DNA from: Bacteroidota bacterium
Lineage (GTDB): Bacteria; Bacteroidota; Bacteroidia; Chitinophagales; UBA2359
Direction of reading: 5' to 3'
Assembly: GCA_020630215.1 (NCBI GenBank)
Contig: JAHDBT010000040.1
Span: 1 to 18,590 of the forward strand
Length of the DNA stretch: 18,590 nucleotides
The position numbers and the translations under genes are program-made. How positions within the stretch are numbered: position 1 is the first letter of the stretch; each line of letters begins with the position of its first letter. The notes beneath the pieces were generated by a model. That model had not been told where the DNA came from and searched no databases. It saw only the letters and a program-made list of their open reading frames with translations. Shown piece after piece: positions 1 through 7,599 of the stretch.

Positions 1-119
1 TCATACCAAACTTCTATTAGTTTGGCGTTTACCAAAGCTTGTAGCTGCATATCTAATTTTTGCAGCAGGGCTTTGTCTGTTCGAGCGTAAGCAATAAATA
101 CTTTTGCAGGGGGTATCAT
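1..119 (-). CDS. TIR-domain protein, N-terminal 39 codons only (5' partial, continues beyond the window start)
   Basis: Reverse complement of 1-119 opens with ATG (plus-strand cat at 117-119) and reads MIPPAKVFIAYARTDKALLQKLDMQLQALVNAKLIEVWYD. This has the FI(S/A)YxRxD ... VWxD signature that opens bacterial TIR (TIR_2-type) domains. The frame stays open to the window edge. It is absent from the ORF track only because it is truncated. Confidence 0.45.
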   Translation of the reverse strand, partial: MIPPAKVFIAYARTDKALLQKLDMQLQALVNAKLIEVWY

Positions 120-285
120 TCTTTTAGTACTTTTTTAATGCCGAATATACGTATTGTTTTTTTGTTTGTGGTAAGAATAAGTCAACATTTACTTTTTTAG
201 GAGGGGTTTTGTTCTTGCTAGTTGCACTAGCAAGCCGATATATTAAAAAAAACCCCAAACAATTAGCAACAGCAATATCTATAAC

Positions 286-450
286 TAGCATTATTTCCAA
301 TACAATTGGAAACAACAGTGGGGTAACAGCACCTAATAATTTCCAGTGCAACTGGAAACAACAAACAACTACTGCTGCCAGCATTTCTAGTACAACTGGA
401 AACAATAGTTACAACTACTGCTGCCAGCGTTTCCAGTGCAACTGGAAACA
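286..450. repeat. Tandem array of about 3.5 units of 44-46 bp. Each unit is a 7-bp-stem hairpin TTCCAGT-nCA-ACTGGAA followed by AACAA and, in two units, ACAACTACTGCTGCCAGC.
   Basis: Hairpin cores: ttccaatacaattggaa 286-302, ttccagtgcaactggaa 332-348, ttctagtacaactggaa 376-392 (one stem mismatch), ttccagtgcaactggaa 422-438. Spacing is 46, 44, 46 bp. acaactactgctgccagc is repeated at 356-373 and 401-418. The array lies between the divergent TIR gene and mfd, and ends about 50 bp before the mfd start codon. Confidence 0.75.
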
Positions 451-496
451 ACACAAATTGCAAAACGTTTACAAATTCCGTAACTTTGCTCCTCGC

Positions 497-3400
497 ATGA
501 TGGAACTAAAAAATATCCTACAATTTTACAAAAACGATACTCGTACACAGCAAATCGTATCTAGTAGCCAAATTATGGCGGAGGCACGCATTTTCCTTAA
601 AGGATTGCAAGGTTCCTTGGATGCATTTGTGGCAGCGGCGGTGTATCAATCGGCACCCAAAACGCATATTTTTATTATTGACAATAAGGAGGATGCGGCC
701 TATTTTCAAAATGATTTGAAAAATTTGTTGGAGAAAAAATCGGTCCTGTTTTTTCCTGATTCGTTTAAAAAGCCAGGCTTTTTTGACGACATCAATAAAA
801 GCAATGTGCTGCTGCGTACCGAAACGGCTACGAGGCTTATTCATAGTCATACAACGGGCGAGTTGTTGGTGACTTATCCAGAGGCTTTTTTTGAGAAGAT
901 TGTGAATACTAAAATCCTTAATAAAAATACGATTCACATAAAAAGGGAAGAGGCCCTAGATGTAAATTTTATTGTGGAGGTGCTAGTAGAATATGGTTTT
1001 GAACGAACGGATTTTGTGTATGAACCTGGGCAGTTTTCGGTGCGAGGGGGTATTGTTGATATTTACTCTTTTGGCAACGAACTTCCTTATCGAGTAGAGC
1101 TGTTTGGCGATGAGGTGGAGTCGATTCGAGTATTTGATCCTTTAACGCAATTATCGGAAAAGAAGATAGCGCAGGTAACTATTGTGCCGAATATACAAAC
1201 GCAATTTAGCAGCACCGAAAAAACAAGTCTGTTTAATTTACTGCCCAAAAACACCACTATTTGGGTAAAGGATGTAAAGGCTTTGCTGGAAATTAATCAA
1301 GGTTGCTACGAAAAAGCTTTGCGCCTTGTAGAAAACTTAAAGCAACAAAATCTGCTAGACGAAAATGCTGTTTTTGGTGATGGTACGCCCGATACGTTTA
1401 TCGACTCGAAAAGCTTGTTAGCCGATATGCAGAAATTTTCAATTATCGAGTTTGGCTACAAGCAATATTTTGATAAAGCAACCGTGTTTCCTTATAACTC
1501 AACTTTGCAACCTCGCTTTAATAAAGATTTTACGCTCCTCATTAAAGACTTAAAAAAACGGGAAGCAGAAGGTTGTAAAAATTATATTTTTGCGGGCAAT
1601 CCGAGGCAGGTAAATCGGTTTCGACATATTTTTGAGGATATGGAAGCCAATGTAAAATACGAGGCTTTAACCAACTCTATACACCAGGGTTTTATTGATG
1701 AAGATTTGGGCATTACCTGCTATACCGACCACCAAATTTTTGGGCGGTTTTATAAATACAATATTAAACGTGGCTACTCTAAAGATAAGGCCATTACCAT
1801 CCGCATGTTAAAAAGCCTTCATCCTGGCGATTTTGTTACGCACATCGATCATGGTGTGGGGAAATATGCAGGGCTGGAAAAAATTAATGTGAACGGTAAA
1901 GCGCAGGAGGTGATACGCATTGTGTATCGAGATAATGATATTTTGTTTGTCAATATCAACTCCTTGCACAAGGTATCTAAATATGTTGGCAAGGAAGGTA
2001 AGGCACCTCGTTTAAATAAAATTGGTTCGGAAGCGTGGCAAAATTTAAAGCGCAAAGCCAAAGGCAAAATTAAGGATATTGCCGAAGACCTTATTAAGCT
2101 GTATGCTAAACGAAAAGCAAGTAAAGGTTTTGCTTATTCGCCCGATAGTTATTTGCAAACGGAAATTGAAGCGTCGTTTATTTATGAGGATACGCCCGAC
2201 CAATTAAAGGCTACCATAGCGGTAAAGGAAGATATGGAAGCACCACATCCGATGGACAGATTGGTTTGTGGGGATGTGGGTTTTGGCAAAACAGAAATTG
2301 CACTTCGAGCAGCTACTAAGGCGGTGGCCGATAGCAAGCAGGTGGCCATTTTGGTGCCAACTACTATACTAGCTCTTCAGCATTACGAAACGTTTAAAGA
2401 ACGCCTTAAAGATTTTCCTTGTGAAGTAGATTTTTTAAATCGTTTTAAAACGGCTAAACAAAAAACGGAAACGCTAAAGCTTTTAAAGGAAGGAAAAATT
2501 GACATCCTTATAGGCACTCATGCTTTGCTAGGAAAAAAAGTGGTGTTTAAGGAATTGGGCTTACTGGTAATTGACGAGGAACAAAAATTTGGCGTTGCAG
2601 CAAAAGAAAAACTTCGGAACTTAAAGGTTAATGTGGATACGCTTACCCTCACCGCAACCCCTATACCTCGCACCTTGCAATTTTCGTTGATGAGTGCTAG
2701 GGATTTATCGGTGATGAACACGCCGCCGCCTAACCGACAACCCGTACAAACAGAGCTGATTGCCTTTGATGACGCTAAAATTAGGGATGCGGTTACCTAT
2801 GAAGTTTACCGTGGCGGACAGGTATTTTTTATTCATAACCGAGTAAAAGACCTTATAGAAATTACCGCCATGATTAAACGCCTTTGCCCCGATATTGATA
2901 TAGGGATGGCACACGGACAATTAGACAACAAAACCCTAGAAGAACGCATGATGAAGTTCATAAAAGGGAAGTACGATGTGCTAGTTTGCACCAATATTGT
3001 AGAGTCGGGTTTGGATGTGAGTAATGCCAATACCATTATTATTAACAATGCCCACCATTTTGGTTTAAGCGATTTGCACCAGCTTAGAGGACGGGTAGGA
3101 CGGTCTAACAGAAAAGCGTTTTGTTACCTCATTACCCCACCCATTTACACCCTGCCCGACGATTCTCGTAAACGCCTAAAAGCCATTGAGCAGTTTTCCG
3201 ATTTAGGCAGCGGTTTTCAAATTGCGATGCGTGATTTAGACATTAGGGGTTCGGGCAATATTTTAGGAGGCGAACAAAGTGGCTTTATCAGCGATATTGG
3301 TTTTGATATGTACCAAAAAATCTTGGACGAAGCCATGCAGGAACTTAAAGAAACGGAATTTAAGGACTTGTTTAAAGGACAAATTATTAGTGAGCAAAAG

Positions 3401-3883
3401 TTTGTGCGGGATTGCCAACTCGACACCGATTTAGAATTGCATATACCTGATGAATATGTAAACAGCATTAACGAACGCCTAGGTCTTTACACCGAATTAG
3501 ACAACATTGAAACAGAAGAAAAACTCCAAAAATTTAAAACCGATTTGCTCGATCGATTTGGCACCTTACCCAAACCTGTAGTAGAATTGTTTTACGCTGT
3601 GCGCCTACGGTGGGTCGCTAAAAAATTAGGTTTCGAGCGCATTATTTTTAAGCATAATAAATTGCGGTGTTACTTTGTTGCCAATCAAACTTCTCCTTAT
3701 TACCAATCGGCTTTGTTTACTGGCGTTTTAAAATATCCGCAGCAGCATCCTACAAAAGCCCACTTTAAACAAACGGATAAAAACTTTTTGTTGGTAATGG
3801 AAAATGTTAAAACCATGAAAGCGGCTAGAGAGGTATTGTTAGAAATTGAAGCTTTTGCTGGTAGTATGACTAGTGTGGTTTAG
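497..3883 (+). CDS. mfd: Transcription-repair coupling factor Mfd (TRCF), 1128 aa
   Basis: SF2 helicase motifs are diagnostic of Mfd: LVCGDVGFGKTEIALRAA (motif I), LLVIDEEQKFGV (motif II), TLTATPIPRTL (motif III), QLRGRVGRS (motif VI), plus a C-terminal TRCF-like region. The length from ATG 497/500 (MMELKNILQFYKND) is typical. The track ORF from 209 is an artefact: the upstream repeat array simply has no in-frame stop. Confidence 0.95.
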   Translation: MMELKNILQFYKNDTRTQQIVSSSQIMAEARIFLKGLQGSLDAFVAAAVYQSAPKTHIFIIDNKEDAAYFQNDLKNLLEKKSVLFFPDSFKKPGFFDDINKSNVLLRTETATRLIHSHTTGELLVTYPEAFFEKIVNTKILNKNTIHIKREEALDVNFIVEVLVEYGFERTDFVYEPGQFSVRGGIVDIYSFGNELPYRVELFGDEVESIRVFDPLTQLSEKKIAQVTIVPNIQTQFSSTEKTSLFNLLPKNTTIWVKDVKALLEINQGCYEKALRLVENLKQQNLLDENAVFGDGTPDTFIDSKSLLADMQKFSIIEFGYKQYFDKATVFPYNSTLQPRFNKDFTLLIKDLKKREAEGCKNYIFAGNPRQVNRFRHIFEDMEANVKYEALTNSIHQGFIDEDLGITCYTDHQIFGRFYKYNIKRGYSKDKAITIRMLKSLHPGDFVTHIDHGVGKYAGLEKINVNGKAQEVIRIVYRDNDILFVNINSLHKVSKYVGKEGKAPRLNKIGSEAWQNLKRKAKGKIKDIAEDLIKLYAKRKASKGFAYSPDSYLQTEIEASFIYEDTPDQLKATIAVKEDMEAPHPMDRLVCGDVGFGKTEIALRAATKAVADSKQVAILVPTTILALQHYETFKERLKDFPCEVDFLNRFKTAKQKTETLKLLKEGKIDILIGTHALLGKKVVFKELGLLVIDEEQKFGVAAKEKLRNLKVNVDTLTLTATPIPRTLQFSLMSARDLSVMNTPPPNRQPVQTELIAFDDAKIRDAVTYEVYRGGQVFFIHNRVKDLIEITAMIKRLCPDIDIGMAHGQLDNKTLEERMMKFIKGKYDVLVCTNIVESGLDVSNANTIIINNAHHFGLSDLHQLRGRVGRSNRKAFCYLITPPIYTLPDDSRKRLKAIEQFSDLGSGFQIAMRDLDIRGSGNILGGEQSGFISDIGFDMYQKILDEAMQELKETEFKDLFKGQIISEQKFVRDCQLDTDLELHIPDEYVNSINERLGLYTELDNIETEEKLQKFKTDLLDRFGTLPKPVVELFYAVRLRWVAKKLGFERIIFKHNKLRCYFVANQTSPYYQSALFTGVLKYPQQHPTKAHFKQTDKNFLLVMENVKTMKAAREVLLEIEAFAGSMTSVV

Positions 3884-4365
3884 GTGGTTTGCTAGACCTA
3901 TATCAAAGTACTAGGTAACGAAAATCGGAGTAAAGTCCTCTCTTATTTGTTGCTTAAAAACAGGATAAATTAAAGCCGAAAATCTTTTATCCTTCCTTAT
4001 TACGTCTTTCCTTTCCTCCATAAAATTAGCATTTCTCAAAAATTATTTGTATATTGGTATAGCAAGTTTATCAATCCTATCCCAGCATTGCTTGCACAAG
4101 GTAATTTTTACTAAGAAAAGAAAACCACCATGGTTTTAAAACGTCCGCTTAAATATCCGCTACTAGCACACTAAGCATTCCATCCTTGCTTAGTCCAATA
4201 CCCCTGTGCATGGTTCACAGCCCATAATCCCTAATATTCCATTTTTCTTTTTCCCTTATACTATCCCATATTTCTTGTTCTAGTTTCCCCACAAATCCTC
4301 ATTTAATTGCATATAATTAAATAAAAATTATACAAGATAATATTTCATCATTAAATCTACTCGTT

Positions 4366-4830
4366 ATGAATGAGAATTTACATTTATCAAACCAGCCCCA
4401 TCAACTTGTAACGATACGTGCCGTCAACCAAGGACTTGTATTTGGCGTAGCAGCAGCACATTTTATGTTGCTTTACTTTTTTATTCTCTTGCTTTTTAAC
4501 ATCAACACTCTACCTTGGCATATTGTGGGCAAAATAGTTGTATTGTTAGGCGTTATGTACTACGCTTATGCTAGTTACAAAGAAAACCGCAAAGAAATGA
4601 GCCTAAAAAGTGGTATTAAATTGGGCTTGTCTACGGCATTCGCCGCCGCTGCAACTTTAGTTTTTTTCGAGTTAATTGTACACCTTGTTTTTGGTTTTAA
4701 TTTAGCTCCCGAAACTACTTTTGCACAGGGTTTACCTACCTATGCTATGTTTGGTTTACTAGCACTAGAGTTAATGGCTTATGGCGGCTTAATTGCTATT
4801 TTGTTTACATTATATTATCGAGGAAAATAA
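4366..4830 (+). CDS. Small integral membrane protein with 4 predicted TM helices. A DUF4199-like Bacteroidota family is possible but unverified.
   Basis: The 154-aa ORF has four hydrophobic stretches of 19-22 residues: LVFGVAAAHFMLLYFFILLLF, IVGKIVVLLGVMYYAYASY, LGLSTAFAAAATLVFFELIVHLVF, FGLLALELMAYGGLIAILFTLYY. The N-terminus is hydrophilic. A long upstream intergenic region precedes it. Confidence 0.7.
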   Translation: MNENLHLSNQPHQLVTIRAVNQGLVFGVAAAHFMLLYFFILLLFNINTLPWHIVGKIVVLLGVMYYAYASYKENRKEMSLKSGIKLGLSTAFAAAATLVFFELIVHLVFGFNLAPETTFAQGLPTYAMFGLLALELMAYGGLIAILFTLYYRGK

Positions 4831-4952
4831 ATTGACTTATTAAGTAACCCAAGCTAAATATTCTGGTAATTCATAGCCATCTTCTTCCGCTATTTTTTTT
4901 GAAAAAATCTTGTCTATAAATTTTACTAGGATAATTACCTCGTGTCACTTAA

Positions 4953-5006
4953 ATGAAGAACAGCACAACAACCGACAACGATATTAATGAAGTCGTTTTA
5001 AGGTGA
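4953..5006 (+). CDS. 17-codon Thr-rich mini-ORF (MKNSTTTDNDINEVVLR). Its stop codon lies inside the 5' arm of the terminator hairpin.
   Basis: ATG at 4953, TGA at 5004-5006. The Thr run and the position immediately before a strong hairpin resemble a leader-peptide arrangement. No homology could be assessed. Confidence 0.15.
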   Translation: MKNSTTTDNDINEVVLR

Positions 5007-5054
5007 TAACGAATACAAGGAAATTTGTGGATGTTATCACCTTTTTTATTTTTG
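5000..5054 (+). terminator. Rho-independent terminator, plus strand
   Basis: Perfect 11-bp stem aaggtgataac (5000-5010) / gttatcacctt (5033-5043), 22-nt loop, followed by ttttatttttg (5044-5054). Confidence 0.6.
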
Positions 5055-5143
5055 CTTCTACTGACAAAATAATATCTTCGATTAACCATTCTTAGGGGCT
5101 ACAACTGCTGTTTGGAAGTTTTTGAAAACACGATACATAGTAA

Positions 5144-5422
5144 GTGCAAAAATTTTTCTTTAAAATCAGGCATTTATGCTCCGTCCCTAAACCTTACAAA
5201 TTGTACCTCAATCCTAGCACAAATAATAATTTGGTAAACTTAATAATAGAAAATGGGAAAAGTATGACGATGCAGCTTTTTGATATATCTGGACGAATAC
5301 TAAACCAGCAAAAAATCACACAAAACACACAAATAGATTTAAACAGCTACAGACAAGGCATTTACTTCCTTCGGCTTGAAATTGATGGCATTACACATAA
5401 GGAAAAAATGATAAGATTTTAG
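5144..5422 (+). pseudogene. Stand-alone T9SS C-terminal sorting domain (CTD) with no cargo domain: probable remnant of a T9SS substrate gene
   Basis: The 92-aa ORF ends ...YLNPSTNNNLVNLIIENGKSMTMQLFDISGRILNQQKITQNTQIDLNSYRQGIYFLRLEIDGITHKEKMIRF. That is the canonical Por-secretion CTD pattern (NP(S/A)T, LYD(L/I)SGR, GxYFxRL, K-I-hydrophobic end). The frame is closed by TAG/TAA immediately upstream (5138-5143). It opens only with GTG, and the CTD homology begins before the first in-frame ATG. No upstream domain is encoded. Confidence 0.5.
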
Positions 5423-5571
5423 GCGATTGTCTATAACAAATAACTAGTAATATAAAGATAACACCTCTCGTTTTCACAGGATTAAGTGCTTGATTTACAA
5501 TTTATTAGTCGCTTAAATGCATATTGATTAATTGTTATATTTAGTGGCATTGTAATTGTTGCAAATTGCTT

Positions 5572-7530
5572 ATGTTCGGGTATATTTCTAGAAACATTTA
5601 CTATAAGTATTTAATACCGTTGTTATTACTCATGGCTATGGCGGTACTTTTAGGCTTTATTGCTATTTCGATATTGGTAGCTAATAATATTGAAAATACG
5701 GGTATTGCGTTAAAGGAGGGCGAAGTTATGCGTATGTCTAAAGAGATACTCGTTAAACATCAACATGCCATCCAAACGCACAATGATGCTTTTGTGCAAA
5801 ACATTGAAAACACCAAATACAGCCTTAAAGCATTTACTAATTATTATGCCTTCAAATCGCTCCGTATTGCCAAGATGAGGACTTATGCAGACCAAACTGT
5901 ACGATACAATAATCAGCTACTAGAAATAGCGTTGTTTGATAAAAAAGGCAAGGAAGTTTTTAGCCATTGTTTATCGGAAAAACCTTTTGCTGCTGATTTA
6001 AAAGATTGTAGCCCACAGTATTTAATGGAGCAACTCCCTCCCAAAACGGCTTATATTTCTAAGGTGTTTTTTGATAAAACACAGCAACGTAGTTACCTGT
6101 ATATTGGTTATCTTATTAACCATATTAACGGGAAAAACCAATTTAGTTTGCTAGCCAAAGTAGCCCTAGATAATATTACCGAAACCATTGCCAACAAAAC
6201 GGTTAATCAACAAGGACGTATGTTTTTAGTGGATTATGAGCAGCAAATTTTGTTTGAAAATCCTAGTACCGAAAAAGCCTATCGCTACCAAAACCTCCCT
6301 GTAGATGTAAAAGCCAATATCATTCAGTATCCAGATACAACTATTTGGAATAAAGCATATTTATTATCTACGGCAACCAATCAATATGGATGGACAACGG
6401 TTTATTATACGCCTCATGCTTTGGCTTATCAAGCTATTAAAGAACGGGTAAGTAGCCTTTCGGAAATGTTTGGTACTACTCGCCAAAACATTTTACTTTT
6501 TTCGGTACTCGCTATTTTGTTAATTGTTTCCTTCGCTACTTTTGCAGGTGTTAAAGTTGCCAAGTCTATTACCAATCCTATTTTAAAATTGATACATGCA
6601 ACTAGGGATGTTGCTAGAGGAAATTTTCAGGTAACTATTCAGCGAGAAACACAAGATGAAGTTGGCGAATTAGCAGAATCGTTTACCAATATGACTTGGG
6701 CCATCCAAAAATACCAAGAGGAATTACTAGAACGTACTCGCTTAATTGAAATACAAGCGCAACAACTTACTGCCTCTAATGAAGACCTCGAACGTTATGC
6801 ACATACTGTTTCGCACGATTTAAAAGAACCGCTGCGGATGGTAAATGGTTATGTGAAATTAATGCACAAAAAATTGGAGCATCAATTAGATTCTGAGACA
6901 AAGGAATACATGGACTTTGCAATGGATGGCACACAACGAATGTCGAGAATTATTAATGACTTACTCGCTTATGCTCGCTTTGAGGAAAAATCTAAAAGGC
7001 AAAAATTTGAAGCCGTTGACCTAAACGATATTATCGCCATTGTAAAAAAAGACTTGCTGTTTTTAACCAAAGAACACGAAGCACAAATAGGCATTATTCC
7101 CGATAAACTGCCTGTAATAAAAGGCAAATTTACCCAAATACATCAGTTGTTTCAAAATGTAATTGCCAATGCCATTAAATACCGAAGAGCTGCCAATCCA
7201 ATTATTAAAATAGATGCCATTTTAAAGGACAACACCTGCGAAATAATTATTATTGACAATGGGCGAGGCATTGCAAAAGCAGATATTCCTAAAGTGTTTA
7301 TGCCCTTTAAACGCCTAGTAGCTAGGCAAGAGGTAGAAGGCAGTGGTATTGGTTTGGCTACGGTTAAAAAAATTATGGATCATCATAATGGCAACATCAA
7401 AATTGAATCAGAAGTAGGCATAGGCACTACTTTTTATTTTACTTTTGAAGCGGCAACTAAACTTCCTACGCCTCCTAGCAAGGTTAATAAAAAGGAAAAA
7501 AAAACAAACACTATTCTTAGGAAGGAATAA
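5572..7530 (+). CDS. Two-TM sensor histidine kinase with a periplasmic sensor domain, HAMP, HisKA and HATPase_c. No response regulator is encoded in the window.
   Basis: TM1 is LIPLLLLMAMAVLLGFIAISILVA, followed by about 270 aa of extracytoplasmic region. TM2 is LLFSVLAILLIVSFATFAGV. The HAMP-like region is ILKLIHATRDVARGNFQ...VGELAESFTNMTWAI. The H-box is HTVSHDLKEPLRMV, the N-box IANAIKY, the G1 box IIIDNGRGI and the G2 box GSGIGLATVKKIMDHH. There is an alternative TTG start at 5566. Confidence 0.9.
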   Translation: MFGYISRNIYYKYLIPLLLLMAMAVLLGFIAISILVANNIENTGIALKEGEVMRMSKEILVKHQHAIQTHNDAFVQNIENTKYSLKAFTNYYAFKSLRIAKMRTYADQTVRYNNQLLEIALFDKKGKEVFSHCLSEKPFAADLKDCSPQYLMEQLPPKTAYISKVFFDKTQQRSYLYIGYLINHINGKNQFSLLAKVALDNITETIANKTVNQQGRMFLVDYEQQILFENPSTEKAYRYQNLPVDVKANIIQYPDTTIWNKAYLLSTATNQYGWTTVYYTPHALAYQAIKERVSSLSEMFGTTRQNILLFSVLAILLIVSFATFAGVKVAKSITNPILKLIHATRDVARGNFQVTIQRETQDEVGELAESFTNMTWAIQKYQEELLERTRLIEIQAQQLTASNEDLERYAHTVSHDLKEPLRMVNGYVKLMHKKLEHQLDSETKEYMDFAMDGTQRMSRIINDLLAYARFEEKSKRQKFEAVDLNDIIAIVKKDLLFLTKEHEAQIGIIPDKLPVIKGKFTQIHQLFQNVIANAIKYRRAANPIIKIDAILKDNTCEIIIIDNGRGIAKADIPKVFMPFKRLVARQEVEGSGIGLATVKKIMDHHNGNIKIESEVGIGTTFYFTFEAATKLPTPPSKVNKKEKKTNTILRKE

Positions 7531-7599
7531 AACAAAGCTTTAAATATCCTCTTTTTTTAGTATCTTGTTAAATCATTAAAAAGTTACTAAAATTACCCT

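Noticed and set aside
209-496. The track ORF extends mfd upstream to 209, adding 96 codons.
   Set aside because: The extension reads straight through the 45-bp hairpin repeat array and gives a low-complexity peptide (NNFQCNWKQQTTTAASISSTTGNNSYNYCCQRFQCNWKQ). Mfd homology begins at the MMELKNIL ATG at 497/500, and the resulting 1128 aa is the normal Mfd length. The frame is open only because the repeats lack stop codons.
124-937. Minus-strand ORFs 124-405, 263-463 and 518-937.
   Set aside because: They are antisense to mfd or to the repeat array, have odd hydrophobic, Cys-rich or low-complexity composition and no motifs. The 124-405 and 263-463 ORFs are generated by the palindromic repeats.
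1849-3468. Minus-strand ORFs 1849-2067, 2518-2721, 2705-2920, 2833-3048 and 3217-3468.
   Set aside because: All lie entirely within and antisense to the highly confident mfd CDS. They are short, with no start context or motifs.
3962-3993. Hairpin aggataaa-n16-tttatcct, 78 bp downstream of the mfd stop. Considered as the mfd terminator.
   Set aside because: The stem is only 8 bp and AT-rich, and is followed by tccttatt, not a U-run. It was not called as a feature. mfd may terminate by another mechanism or read through.
4120-4140. Palindrome aaaaccaccatggtttt in the mfd-downstream intergenic region.
   Set aside because: It is short and AT-rich, centred on a CCATGG site, with no flanking context suggesting function. 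It is probably a chance palindrome in AT-rich DNA.
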